64,000 nucleotides of DNA from the IMG/VR virus record IMGVR_UViG_3300037516_001099; one strand, given 5' to 3'. A program made the translations under genes and the position numbers. Origin of the DNA: an uncultured virus (IMG/VR IMGVR_UViG_3300037516_001099) (taxonomy: Duplodnaviria > Heunggongvirae > Uroviricota > Caudoviricetes). This document shows, piece after piece, positions 10,052 through 19,580 of this stretch. A model generated the notes under the pieces. It ran no database searches. It saw nothing but the letters and a program-made list of their open reading frames with translations, and had not been told where the DNA came from. The stretch's first letter is position 1. Every line of letters begins with the position of its first letter.

Positions 10052-13000
10052 ATGTTTCAAGGAGTTAGATTTGGCCTTGGAATGGATTTGGCATACAAGT
10101 ATGTCAGCGCAATCTCTGACCCTTCATTTGAGGGCAGTGATATTACCGGGCTAACTTTAGATGATGGAGTTGTTAAAAGAAAATATCAAGGGTATTTTGA
10201 AGATGACTCTACGTTTTTTAATTCTAGACTATTGAACGACTCCTATTTTGCTACACTTGGAGGTGGTGATTTTCAAATAACAACTTTAGGCACGTTTGTA
10301 ACACCGCCTAATTGGTATGAAAACGGATTTTCAGAAAATCCTAGTTTTAATAATCCATATGAACCGTCTGGTCTGTTTCCACATGTAGGTGCCGGATTGT
10401 TCTACTTTGGTCCTCCACCAGTGGCTGGACCAACTGAAAGAGCAGCGGTAAGTCGTCCACTGTTGTCACAAAGTATTTCTTCAGTTATTGATGATGGTTA
10501 TTCCGCCGCGGCTGGAGATAATAATAAAAGTCTTATTGTTAGAGGTTATTTTAAACCAACTATATCCGGAGAATATGGTTTTCGAATAACTTCAGATGAT
10601 GCAAGCTATTTGTGGCTTGGCTCAAATGCTCTAGACGCTGCTAGGGAAATAAGCAATGCCGTAGTGTCAAACGGAGGAATTCATGGTCCACAACCAGTGA
10701 CTGGTACATTTACAATGGCCGCTAATGCATATTATGCATTAGCCATAATGTTTGGTAATGGGCCTGAAGGAGAAGGAGTATTAACATTTGAGTATCTTCC
10801 TCCTGGAGCCAGTGAATATACCACCGATTTAACTGGAAAATTATTTTATGCTACAGGAACAACTGGGCATGGTCAAGGAAGCATAGAAACAATTTTTACT
10901 TATTCTGACTCGACAATCGAATATTATCCAAATACAATTATACCTGACTTGTTGCAAAATAGTAATTCCAATCTTGATTCTGTTATTTTTGGGGATAGCG
11001 TTACAAGCATTGGCAGCTATGCATTCAACTTCTGCACTAGCCTATTAAGCGTGACTATTCCAGATAGCGTTACAACCATTGGTGGCGGTGCATTCAACTA
11101 CTGCACCGGCCTAACAAGCGTCACTATTGGAGATAGCGTCACGAGCATTAACGATTACGCATTCTACGGCTGCAGTAGCCTGACAAGCGTCACTATTCCA
11201 GATAGCGTCACAAGCATTGGCAACGGTACATTCCGAAGTTGCGCTAGCTTATCAAGCATCACTATTCCAGATAGCGTCACGAGCATTGGCAACAGTGCAT
11301 TCCAAAGTTGCACTGGCATAACAAGTGTCACTATTCCAGATAGCGTTACAAGCATTGGCAGCTATACATTCAGGTACTGCACTGGCCTGACGAGTGTTGC
11401 GATTGGAGATAGTGTTACAACCATTGACAGTTACGCATTCAACAACTGCTCTAGCTTATCAAGCATTACTATTCCAGATAGCGTTACAAGCATTGGCGAC
11501 TATGCGTTCCAAGTTTGCTCTAGCCTGACAAGCATCACTATTCCAAACAGCGTTACAACCATTGGCAGCTATGCGTTCAACGACTGCACCGGCGTGACTA
11601 GCATCGCTATTGGAGATAGCGTTACAACCATTGGTAGCTATGCGTTCAACTATTGCACTGGCCTGACAAGCGTCACTATTGGAGATAGCGTTACAAGCAT
11701 TGGCAGCTATGCGTTCGACACCTGCACTGGCCTGACAAGCATCACTATTCCAGATAGCGTTACAAGCATTGGCAGCTATGCATTCCAAAACTGCACTAGC
11801 CTGACAAGCATCACCATTCCAGATAGCGTTACAAGCATTAGCAGCGGTGCATTCAACAACTGCTCTAGCCTAACAAGCATCACTATTACAGATAGCGTTA
11901 CAAGCATTGACAGTTACGCATTCAACAACTGCTCTAGCCTAACAAGCGTCACCATTCCAGATAGCGTTACAAGCATTGGCAGCCATGCGTTCAACACCTG
12001 CACTAGCCTGACAAGCATTACTATTCCAGATAGCGTTACAACCATTGGCGGCAGAGGATTCTACGGCTGCAGTGGTCTGACAAGCGTCACGATTGGAGAT
12101 AGCGTTACAAGCATTGGCAGCTATGCATTCTACGGCTGCAGTGGTCTGACAAGCATCACTATTCCAGATAGCGTTACAAGCATTGACACCGGTACATTCC
12201 AAGCTTGCACTAGCCTGACAAGCATCACTATTCCAGATAGCGTTACAACCATTGGCGAGTATTCATTCCGTAGTTGCTCTGACTTAACAAGCATTACTAT
12301 TGGAGATAGCGTTACAAGCATTGGCAGCTATGCATTCTACGGCTGCAGTGGTCTGACAAGCGTCACGATTGGAGATAGCGTTACAAGCATTGGCGGCTAT
12401 GCGTTCAGCTTCTGCAGTGGTCTGACAAGCATCACTATTCCAGATAGCGTTACAAGCATTGACACCGGTACATTCCAAGCTTGCACTAGCCTGACAAGCA
12501 TCACTATTCCAGATAGCGTTACAACCATTAGCAGCGGTGCATTCTACGGCTGCAGTGGTCTGACAAGCGTCACTATTCCAGATAGCGTTACAAGCATTGG
12601 CAGCGGTACATTCAGCAGCTGCACTAGCCTGACAAGCATCACTATTCCAGATAGCGTGACAAGCATTAGTAACTATATATTCAGCAACTGCACTAGCCTA
12701 ACAAGCCTGACGATTGGAGATAGCGTTACAAGCATTGGCAACAGTGCATTCCGTAGTTGCTCTGACTTAACAAGCATCACTATTCCAGATAGCGTTACAA
12801 GCATTGGCAACGGTACATTCCAAGCTTGCACTAGCCTGACAAGCATCACTATTCCAGATAGCGTTACAAGCATTGGCGACTATGCGTTCCTAGTTTGCTC
12901 TAGCCTAACAAGCGTCACTATTGGAGATAGCGTTACAAGCATTAGCGGCGGTACATTCCAAGCTTGCACTAGCCTATCAAGCGTCACTATTGGAGATAGC

Positions 13001-13603
13001 GTTACAAGCATTGGCGGCTATGCATTCAGGTACTGCTCTGGCCTAACCAGCGTCACCATTCCAAATAGCGTTACAACCATTGGCGGCTATGCATTCCAAA
13101 GTTGCACTAGCCTATCAAGCGTCACTATTGGAAACAACGTAACCAGTATTGGCAGTTATGCATTTCTCGACTGTTTCGCTTTAGCAAACGTAACAATTCC
13201 AGCCAGCGTTACAAGTATTGGCGTTGGTGCGTTTATGTATGCTGGATTAACAAGCTTAACAATACCATCTACCGTTACTAGCATGGGTAGCTATGCGTTC
13301 AGCGGCTGCACTAGCCTAACGAGCATGACACTCAGTAATGGTATAGTAAGTATTCCTATTGCGTTTTTGGCTTTATCCATTGCATTGCCTAGTATAACGA
13401 TACCTAGCAGCGTCACTAGTATCGGTGACGCTGCGTTCATACAGTGCAATAGCTTAGATTACATCGCATGTTTAGCAATGGCTGCCCCAACACTTGGCGC
13501 ACTCGTTTTTGTAGGTGTTTTAACAACCGAAATCCACGTTCCAAATGGAGCGACTGGATATGGCGCAACATTTGGTGGATTAACCGTCGTTGATGATCTT
13601 TGA
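10052..13603 (+). CDS. PA14/GLEYA domain + BspA-type (TpLRR) leucine-rich repeat adhesin
   Basis: PA14 motif GYFKP...GEYGF...SDDASYLW...NGGIHG, then 36 repeats of PDSVTSIGxxAFxxCxSLTSITI. Confidence 0.9.
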   Translation: MFQGVRFGLGMDLAYKYVSAISDPSFEGSDITGLTLDDGVVKRKYQGYFEDDSTFFNSRLLNDSYFATLGGGDFQITTLGTFVTPPNWYENGFSENPSFNNPYEPSGLFPHVGAGLFYFGPPPVAGPTERAAVSRPLLSQSISSVIDDGYSAAAGDNNKSLIVRGYFKPTISGEYGFRITSDDASYLWLGSNALDAAREISNAVVSNGGIHGPQPVTGTFTMAANAYYALAIMFGNGPEGEGVLTFEYLPPGASEYTTDLTGKLFYATGTTGHGQGSIETIFTYSDSTIEYYPNTIIPDLLQNSNSNLDSVIFGDSVTSIGSYAFNFCTSLLSVTIPDSVTTIGGGAFNYCTGLTSVTIGDSVTSINDYAFYGCSSLTSVTIPDSVTSIGNGTFRSCASLSSITIPDSVTSIGNSAFQSCTGITSVTIPDSVTSIGSYTFRYCTGLTSVAIGDSVTTIDSYAFNNCSSLSSITIPDSVTSIGDYAFQVCSSLTSITIPNSVTTIGSYAFNDCTGVTSIAIGDSVTTIGSYAFNYCTGLTSVTIGDSVTSIGSYAFDTCTGLTSITIPDSVTSIGSYAFQNCTSLTSITIPDSVTSISSGAFNNCSSLTSITITDSVTSIDSYAFNNCSSLTSVTIPDSVTSIGSHAFNTCTSLTSITIPDSVTTIGGRGFYGCSGLTSVTIGDSVTSIGSYAFYGCSGLTSITIPDSVTSIDTGTFQACTSLTSITIPDSVTTIGEYSFRSCSDLTSITIGDSVTSIGSYAFYGCSGLTSVTIGDSVTSIGGYAFSFCSGLTSITIPDSVTSIDTGTFQACTSLTSITIPDSVTTISSGAFYGCSGLTSVTIPDSVTSIGSGTFSSCTSLTSITIPDSVTSISNYIFSNCTSLTSLTIGDSVTSIGNSAFRSCSDLTSITIPDSVTSIGNGTFQACTSLTSITIPDSVTSIGDYAFLVCSSLTSVTIGDSVTSISGGTFQACTSLSSVTIGDSVTSIGGYAFRYCSGLTSVTIPNSVTTIGGYAFQSCTSLSSVTIGNNVTSIGSYAFLDCFALANVTIPASVTSIGVGAFMYAGLTSLTIPSTVTSMGSYAFSGCTSLTSMTLSNGIVSIPIAFLALSIALPSITIPSSVTSIGDAAFIQCNSLDYIACLAMAAPTLGALVFVGVLTTEIHVPNGATGYGATFGGLTVVDDL
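10991..13471 (+). repeat. Tandem 69-bp coding repeat, 36 units (first 31 highly homogeneous)
   Basis: Recurrent GATAGCGTTACAAGCATTGGC...CTGACAAGCATCACTATTCCA with 69-bp period. Confidence 0.95.
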
Positions 13604-13616
13604 TATATAATAGTAT

Positions 13617-14417
13617 ATGAATAAAACAATACATTACACATCAGGACTTCCAAGAGCATGCAGCACTTTGTTGCAAAACCTTCTTGCACAAAATCCTCGC
13701 GTTCATGCTACTGCAACAAGTGGAGTGCACGAGATTATGTACTTATCAAAGGCATTCTTTAAGACCGAAGAATTCCGTAGCATTCCACAACCAAAAGATG
13801 GCGAACAATTGTTTTCTGACTTTATGCGTGGCGGTATTGTTAACTCCTTTGACTCCATAACGGATCGTCCAGTCGTAGTTGACAAATGCCGCAGTTGGAT
13901 CGGATCAGCTAATCTGCTGTTCCAACTTTTCCCCGATGCTAAACTTCTTGTACCTATTCGTGACATTCGTGGTGTTCTTTCAAGCATGGAGAAAAAGTTT
14001 CAAGCTCATCCGGGTTTTCAAATGGAGGGCAACCAAGCCGATACGGCTCGCATTCAAACTGTCGAAGGTCGATGCCAATTTTGGCTTGACAGCGCTCCAA
14101 TAGGTATAGCTATACAACGAATTCACGAACTTGCTCGAGTTCACGCCAATAAAGTGCATTTTGTTCATGCCGAAGATTTGACCTCTGACCCGCAGCGTAC
14201 AATGGAAAAAGTGTGGGACTACCTTGGCGAAGAACCCTTTATCCACAACACCACAAATGTTGAGCAATACACTATTGAACATGAACTTGGCTGGCCATTT
14301 GGTGATCATACCGTAAAACCAAAGGTGACTGCTCTTCAACCAGATTGGCATGACACTCTCGGCCGACAACTTTCCGAAGCACTTAATCAAAAATTTAACT
14401 GGATTAACGAACTATGA
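13617..14417 (+). CDS. Sulfotransferase family protein
   Basis: PAPS-binding loop SGLPRACSTLL, DKCRSW, IRDIRGVLSS, EDLTSDP. Confidence 0.85.
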   Translation: MNKTIHYTSGLPRACSTLLQNLLAQNPRVHATATSGVHEIMYLSKAFFKTEEFRSIPQPKDGEQLFSDFMRGGIVNSFDSITDRPVVVDKCRSWIGSANLLFQLFPDAKLLVPIRDIRGVLSSMEKKFQAHPGFQMEGNQADTARIQTVEGRCQFWLDSAPIGIAIQRIHELARVHANKVHFVHAEDLTSDPQRTMEKVWDYLGEEPFIHNTTNVEQYTIEHELGWPFGDHTVKPKVTALQPDWHDTLGRQLSEALNQKFNWINEL

Positions 14418-14911
14418 AATACGCTACACTAAACCCCCGCAATTTAATCATTCGTGTCGAGGATCATCTCCCCGCCGCACAACCGCAGAACGTGATGAAT
14501 CACCTCTCGGTTGTTGAGATATCGGACGAGATTGCCGCCACCTTTGATGCCGGTCGCACTGCCACTCCGCCAATTTTATACTTTTATGAAGATGGAGGCC
14601 TAATAACCTTTACCGAAAAGATGCAACTGCGTCGAATGTTTGGTCCACAGCAACTACCATTCTCGGGTGTAGACCAGTGGATTGAGCGACAAGGTTTTAG
14701 CGCCCTTAAAGTGCTGTCACTTATGGACATTGAAGCTAAATTAGCCGCAGAGAACAAGAGTTCAGAAAAACTGATTGCTGTACGCAATTGGCTTAACGGC
14801 ATTACGGTATCCTTTGCTTTAAATCCAGCATCAAATGGCAACTGGCCAATTGCTCCATTCCGTTTTGAGGAGACTATTCAAGAGGCTATTACTGTTCTCG
14901 GTACTCCGTAA
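14414..14911 (+). CDS. Hypothetical protein (fibre-assembly-like position)
   Basis: ATGA overlap, intact ORF. Confidence 0.6.
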   Translation: MKYATLNPRNLIIRVEDHLPAAQPQNVMNHLSVVEISDEIAATFDAGRTATPPILYFYEDGGLITFTEKMQLRRMFGPQQLPFSGVDQWIERQGFSALKVLSLMDIEAKLAAENKSSEKLIAVRNWLNGITVSFALNPASNGNWPIAPFRFEETIQEAITVLGTP

Positions 14912-14963
14912 TAGTCGCACGACTCAGATTACAACTTAATTTGTAGTGTCATTCTGAGATTGG

Positions 14964-14971
14964 TATAAATA
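14964..14971 (+). promoter_or_regulatory. Late promoter TATAAATA
   Basis: Exact consensus before gp13. Confidence 0.8.
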
Positions 14972-14978
14972 GTATATT

Positions 14979-15725
14979 ATGGCAAAACCAACATCACGAC
15001 AAGAACTTACTGACTATTGCTTAAGAGCGTTGGGTGCGCCAGTACTTGAAATTAATATTGACGAGGATCAAATTGAAGATCGCATTGATGAGGCACTTCA
15101 GTTTTATCAAGAGTATCATAGCGACGCGGTTGTACGTACATTCTTAAAGCATCAGGTCACACAAGCGGACTATGATAACAACTATATTACGCTGCCTGAC
15201 CAACTTATTTCTGTGCTTCGTGTGCTAAACTTGAGTAGTGGCGATGCTGCTGATATGTTTAGTGTTAAATATCAAATGTTTTTGAATGACTTGTATGGCC
15301 TTCGTCAGCCTGGCTCACTTGTTAACTATGAAATGACGAAGCAGTATATGAGCTCAATTGAACTTATACTTACTGGTTCAACTCAACAAATTATATTTAG
15401 TCGTCATATGAATCGTCTTAGTATTCAGGATGATTGGAAAACTTACATACATATAGGTCAATATATTATAGTTGAAGGCTATCAAACGATAAACCCGAAT
15501 GACTATACTGATGTATATAATGATATGCTTCTTAAGAAATATCTTACCGCGCTGCTGAAAAAGCAATGGGGGACGAATTTGTTGAAGTTTGAAGGCATGA
15601 CTCTGCCCGGTGGAATTACTTTAAATGGTCGCGCGATTTACGAAGATGCAATAAACGATATTGAAAAAATAGAGACTGATTTTGATACGAAATACCAAAT
15701 GCCGCCGGATTTTTTTGTTGGCTGA
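14979..15725 (+). CDS. gp13: Neck protein gp13
   Basis: SRQELTDYCLRALGAPVLEIN, QWGTNLLKF...LPGGITLNG, synteny. Confidence 0.92.
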   Translation: MAKPTSRQELTDYCLRALGAPVLEINIDEDQIEDRIDEALQFYQEYHSDAVVRTFLKHQVTQADYDNNYITLPDQLISVLRVLNLSSGDAADMFSVKYQMFLNDLYGLRQPGSLVNYEMTKQYMSSIELILTGSTQQIIFSRHMNRLSIQDDWKTYIHIGQYIIVEGYQTINPNDYTDVYNDMLLKKYLTALLKKQWGTNLLKFEGMTLPGGITLNGRAIYEDAINDIEKIETDFDTKYQMPPDFFVG

Positions 15726-15738
15726 TAAATAACATAGT

Positions 15739-16668
15739 ATGGCACGCAGTGTATATTTTAGTCAGCGGTATAGACCCGAGCAAAACCTTCTTGAAGATTT
15801 GCTCATAGAGTCTATGAAAATCATGGGGCATGACGTCTATTATATACCTCGTAAGATTGTAAAACACGACTTTATATTAAACGAAGACGTTATATCAAGT
15901 TTTGATGCTTCGTTTCTTATTGAGATGTTTGTTGAGAGTGTTGACGGCTTTGAGGGTGATGGTGACCTTATGACGAAATTTGGACTTGAGACGCGAGATC
16001 AGGTTACACTCGTCTGCAGTAGCCGCCGTTGGAACTCACTCATTGGACGTCATGGTTATACAAATGACAGTGTTCGTCCTCGAGAAGGTGACCTCATTTA
16101 CTTACCGTTTACTGGCGGGCTTTTTGAAATTAAATTTGTTGAAGATAAAATTCCATTTTTCCAACTTGGCGGCTCTGGCGATAAAAAGTCTACTATCCCT
16201 ACATTTAAACTTACATGCGAACTGTTTGAGTATGGCGGTCAGGAAATTGATACCGGAATAGATGAAATTGATTCTATCCAAATAGGTCATACTCAAGGCT
16301 CACGAGCACTGCTTGACTTTGACGGCGGAGAGGTGCATAACCTTGGCGAAACGTTAACAATTGAATTGCCTTCTGGGGTTACTGGATCAGCTGAGTTGTT
16401 GCAGTATGAACATACAGCAGGTGGAATAATTGCAACATTTGGGACATTAACATTTAATGATGGTGAGTTTCATGTATTGACGACTGAAACTGAGCTAACG
16501 GGTCAAACATCTGGTACAACGTCAACAGTAACTTCTGTAGTTGATTTGGATGATGGCGATGCAGCGCTCTTTATTAATGATGACCTTACGCAAAATAGTT
16601 CTTTCGAACTTGCAGGCAACGATTATATTGACTTTAGTGAAAGTAACCCATTTGGAGACCCCTCATAA
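15739..16668 (+). CDS. gp14: Neck protein gp14
   Basis: EQNLLEDL...GHDVYYIPR, RPREGDLIY, DFSESNPFG. Confidence 0.92.
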   Translation: MARSVYFSQRYRPEQNLLEDLLIESMKIMGHDVYYIPRKIVKHDFILNEDVISSFDASFLIEMFVESVDGFEGDGDLMTKFGLETRDQVTLVCSSRRWNSLIGRHGYTNDSVRPREGDLIYLPFTGGLFEIKFVEDKIPFFQLGGSGDKKSTIPTFKLTCELFEYGGQEIDTGIDEIDSIQIGHTQGSRALLDFDGGEVHNLGETLTIELPSGVTGSAELLQYEHTAGGIIATFGTLTFNDGEFHVLTTETELTGQTSGTTSTVTSVVDLDDGDAALFINDDLTQNSSFELAGNDYIDFSESNPFGDPS

Positions 16669-16670
16669 AC

Positions 16671-17447
16671 ATGTTAAACAGTTCATATTATTATAACGGT
16701 AACCTAAAAAAGATTGTGGCAGTTTTTGGCACAATCTTTAATGACGTGTCTGTTGCAAAAAAGGTAAATGGTAAAATGACTGGTATACAACGTGTGCCAA
16801 TTTCATATGGTCCAAAACAAAAGTTTTTAGCTCGACTGGCTTCTATGCAAAATGAAGAGTACGGCGACGTAGCAATCAAGTTACCTCGTATGAGTTTTGA
16901 AATTACCTCAATAACATATGATTCGGCAAGTAAGTTAAATAAACTTAATAACAAGTTATATCTAATAGAAGGTGACTCTGATGTACAGAAAAAAGTATAT
17001 CAAGGCATTCCATATAAAGTCGGCATTCAATTAAGCATACTTGCACATCACCAAGATGACGCCCTTCAAGTTTTTGAACAAATCGTTCCATACTTTACTC
17101 CAGACTATATAGTTGCGGTAAAAGACCTTGAGGGCCCGGGTTCTGTTACTGACGTACCTATACTATTAACAGGCACAAATATACAGGACGACTATGAAGG
17201 CGATTTTGCCAACAGTCGTCGTACAATTATCTACACCCTAGACTTTGATATTAAGTTTAAGTTTATGGGTATACAGACTGGTCCAGCAAAGGTTATTAAA
17301 GTTGTTGATGTTGACTTGTATGACACTCCAATAACTCCAACCGCACTACCAATTGACGGTGTGAGTGTTGAGCTTGGTGATCCTGAGAATGATACTCCAG
17401 AAAACTATACAGTAATCACTACATACGGTTTTGATGATGACATATAA
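16671..17447 (+). CDS. gp15: Tail sheath stabilizer/terminator gp15
   Basis: FGTIFND, VPISYGPKQKFLARL, LPRMSFE. Confidence 0.92.
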   Translation: MLNSSYYYNGNLKKIVAVFGTIFNDVSVAKKVNGKMTGIQRVPISYGPKQKFLARLASMQNEEYGDVAIKLPRMSFEITSITYDSASKLNKLNNKLYLIEGDSDVQKKVYQGIPYKVGIQLSILAHHQDDALQVFEQIVPYFTPDYIVAVKDLEGPGSVTDVPILLTGTNIQDDYEGDFANSRRTIIYTLDFDIKFKFMGIQTGPAKVIKVVDVDLYDTPITPTALPIDGVSVELGDPENDTPENYTVITTYGFDDDI

Positions 17448-17449
17448 TT

Positions 17450-17899
17450 ATGAAAAAAGACAAAGATACCATATTGGCATCTCTTGAAAAAAATGTTTTA
17501 CCAGTAAAACATGAAATTGCCGTCGCGACCGGAGTCCCAGTTGGGCCGTCTCATGATGAAATTGTGATGCATGCTGAAGAAGACTATAAGTTTGCTCGAG
17601 AACAAATTAAAAAACTTATAATTACAAGTGATGAGGCTATAGGTACAATGCATGCCCTTGCGTCAGATGCCGAGCATCCACGTGCATTTGAGGTACTCGC
17701 CGGAATGATAAAGACTGCGGCTGATATAAATGGCCAGTTATTAAGTTTACAAAAAGAGAGAAAGAAAATTGTGCAGGTTGAGGATAAAAAAGGACAGATA
17801 TCTGCGCCAAATACCACAAATAATGCTATATTTGTTGGCACCACTACAGAACTTCAAAAGTTGTTAAGAGGTGTTACAGATGATTCAATTGATGTTTAA
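17450..17899 (+). CDS. gp16: Terminase small subunit
   Basis: DYKFAR, HPRAFEV, NNAIFVGTTTELQKLL. Confidence 0.92.
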   Translation: MKKDKDTILASLEKNVLPVKHEIAVATGVPVGPSHDEIVMHAEEDYKFAREQIKKLIITSDEAIGTMHALASDAEHPRAFEVLAGMIKTAADINGQLLSLQKERKKIVQVEDKKGQISAPNTTNNAIFVGTTTELQKLLRGVTDDSIDV

Positions 17900-19497
17900 T
17901 GACTGCACCAGACTCATATAACGGCAATCCATATATTAAGCGTGATGGTATACAGCAACAGTTTACCGCACGGGAAATATCTGAGTATAAAAAATGTATG
18001 GCGAGTGTGTCATATTTTGCTGAACATTATGTAAAGGTTATAAATCTTGATCATGGGCTTGTAAACTTTAAACTTCGTGGCTATCAGGAAAAGATGGTAG
18101 ATCATTTTACACACAATCGTTTTAGTATTATACTTGCATGTCGTCAAAGTGGAAAGTCTGTAACAAGTGTTGCCTGGTTACTTCATTACGCAATATTCAA
18201 CCCCGATAAAAAAATCGGAATACTTGCAAACAAGGGAGCGACTGCTCGTGAGATGCTGTCTCGAATTACGCTTATGCTTGAAAACTTACCATTTTTCTTG
18301 CAACCAGGTTGTAAGATTTTAAATAAAGGCAACATAAAATTTAGTAATAACTCTGAGATTATTGCAGCTGCTACGAGTGGATCGAGTATTCGTGGATTAT
18401 CCATGAACGTTATTTTCCTTGACGAATTTGCATTTGTTCATGGGGCAAACGAGTTTTATACAAGTACCTATCCTGTTATTTCTTCGGGTAAAGACACAAA
18501 GGTTATTATTACCAGCACCCCAAATGGGATTGGTAATATGTTTTATAAGCTTTGGGAAGGTGCAATACAGAGTACAAATGAATTTAAACCATTTACAATT
18601 CGTTGGAACGACGTGCCTGGACGAGACGAAGAATGGAAACGGCAAACAATCTCAAATAGCAGTGAACTTCAATTTGCTCAGGAATTTGAAGTAAACTTTA
18701 TAGGCAGCTCACAAACTCTCATAGGTTCAGATACACTATTGGGATTACAGTCGCATGAGCCACTGCAACTACAACACGGCATACGATATTATGTTGAACC
18801 TGTTGAAGGTCATGACTATATAATGACAGTTGATGTTAGTAAGGGACGTGGACAAGACTATAGTACATTTACAATATTTGATATATCTGGAGTTGATGGT
18901 GCCTTTAAACAAGTGTGTACCTATCGAGACAATCTGGTGTCTCCACTTATGTTTCCAGAATTTATTGTTCGTGCGGCAAAGACATACAACGATGCACTTG
19001 TAATAGTTGAAAACAACGACGTAGGACAAGTTGTGTGTAATGCAATCTATTATGACTATGAATATGATAATACTTTTGTACAGAGTGCGGTAAAGAGCAG
19101 TGGTATTGGGGTGACAATGACAAAGCGTGTAAAACGAATAGGTTGTAGCAACTTAAAAGACTTGCTTGAAAGTGGCAAACTTCAACTATGCGACCCAGAC
19201 ACGATTGTTGAACTTAGCAGTTTTGAGCCAAAGGGGGACAGTTATGCGGCACGTGGAAACACTCATGATGACATGGTTATGAATCTTGTGCTCTTTGCAT
19301 GGTTTGTAAGTACAGACGCCTTTGGCGGACTCAGTAATATTGAATTAAAATCGCTACTCTACAGCGAAAAGATACGCGAAATGGAAGAAGACTTGCCTCC
19401 ATTTGGTATATTTGACAGTCCCAGTTTGACACAAACACCCAGTATGGTTGACTATGAACGGCAGGTATCATCACTACAAGAATGGAATGCCTTGTAA
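17899..19497 (+). CDS. gp17: Terminase large subunit
   Basis: RQSGKS Walker A, FLDEFAF Walker B, STPNG, DVSKGRGQDYS, HDDMVM. Confidence 0.97.
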   Translation: MTAPDSYNGNPYIKRDGIQQQFTAREISEYKKCMASVSYFAEHYVKVINLDHGLVNFKLRGYQEKMVDHFTHNRFSIILACRQSGKSVTSVAWLLHYAIFNPDKKIGILANKGATAREMLSRITLMLENLPFFLQPGCKILNKGNIKFSNNSEIIAAATSGSSIRGLSMNVIFLDEFAFVHGANEFYTSTYPVISSGKDTKVIITSTPNGIGNMFYKLWEGAIQSTNEFKPFTIRWNDVPGRDEEWKRQTISNSSELQFAQEFEVNFIGSSQTLIGSDTLLGLQSHEPLQLQHGIRYYVEPVEGHDYIMTVDVSKGRGQDYSTFTIFDISGVDGAFKQVCTYRDNLVSPLMFPEFIVRAAKTYNDALVIVENNDVGQVVCNAIYYDYEYDNTFVQSAVKSSGIGVTMTKRVKRIGCSNLKDLLESGKLQLCDPDTIVELSSFEPKGDSYAARGNTHDDMVMNLVLFAWFVSTDAFGGLSNIELKSLLYSEKIREMEEDLPPFGIFDSPSLTQTPSMVDYERQVSSLQEWNAL

Positions 19498-19508
19498 AAG
19501 TGACTTTT

Positions 19509-19516
19509 TATAAATA
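19509..19516 (+). promoter_or_regulatory. Late promoter TATAAATA
   Basis: Exact consensus before gp18. Confidence 0.8.
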
Positions 19517-19580
19517 TCGATAGATTGAAATTTTCTTATTATGTATCAAACTTATAATCAACAATAACTGAAAAAAATAT

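Noticed and set aside
11164..12873. Repetitive minus-strand ORFs (MLVTLSGIV..., MECIAANAC...)
   Set aside because: Shadows of the + strand LRR repeat.
10991..13471. Repeat array as a CRISPR array
   Set aside because: The period is 69 bp, in frame and encodes LRR units. There are no unique spacers and no cas genes.
10991..13471. Diversity-generating retroelement target
   Set aside because: No reverse transcriptase or separate template repeat in the window, and the variation is not confined to adenines.
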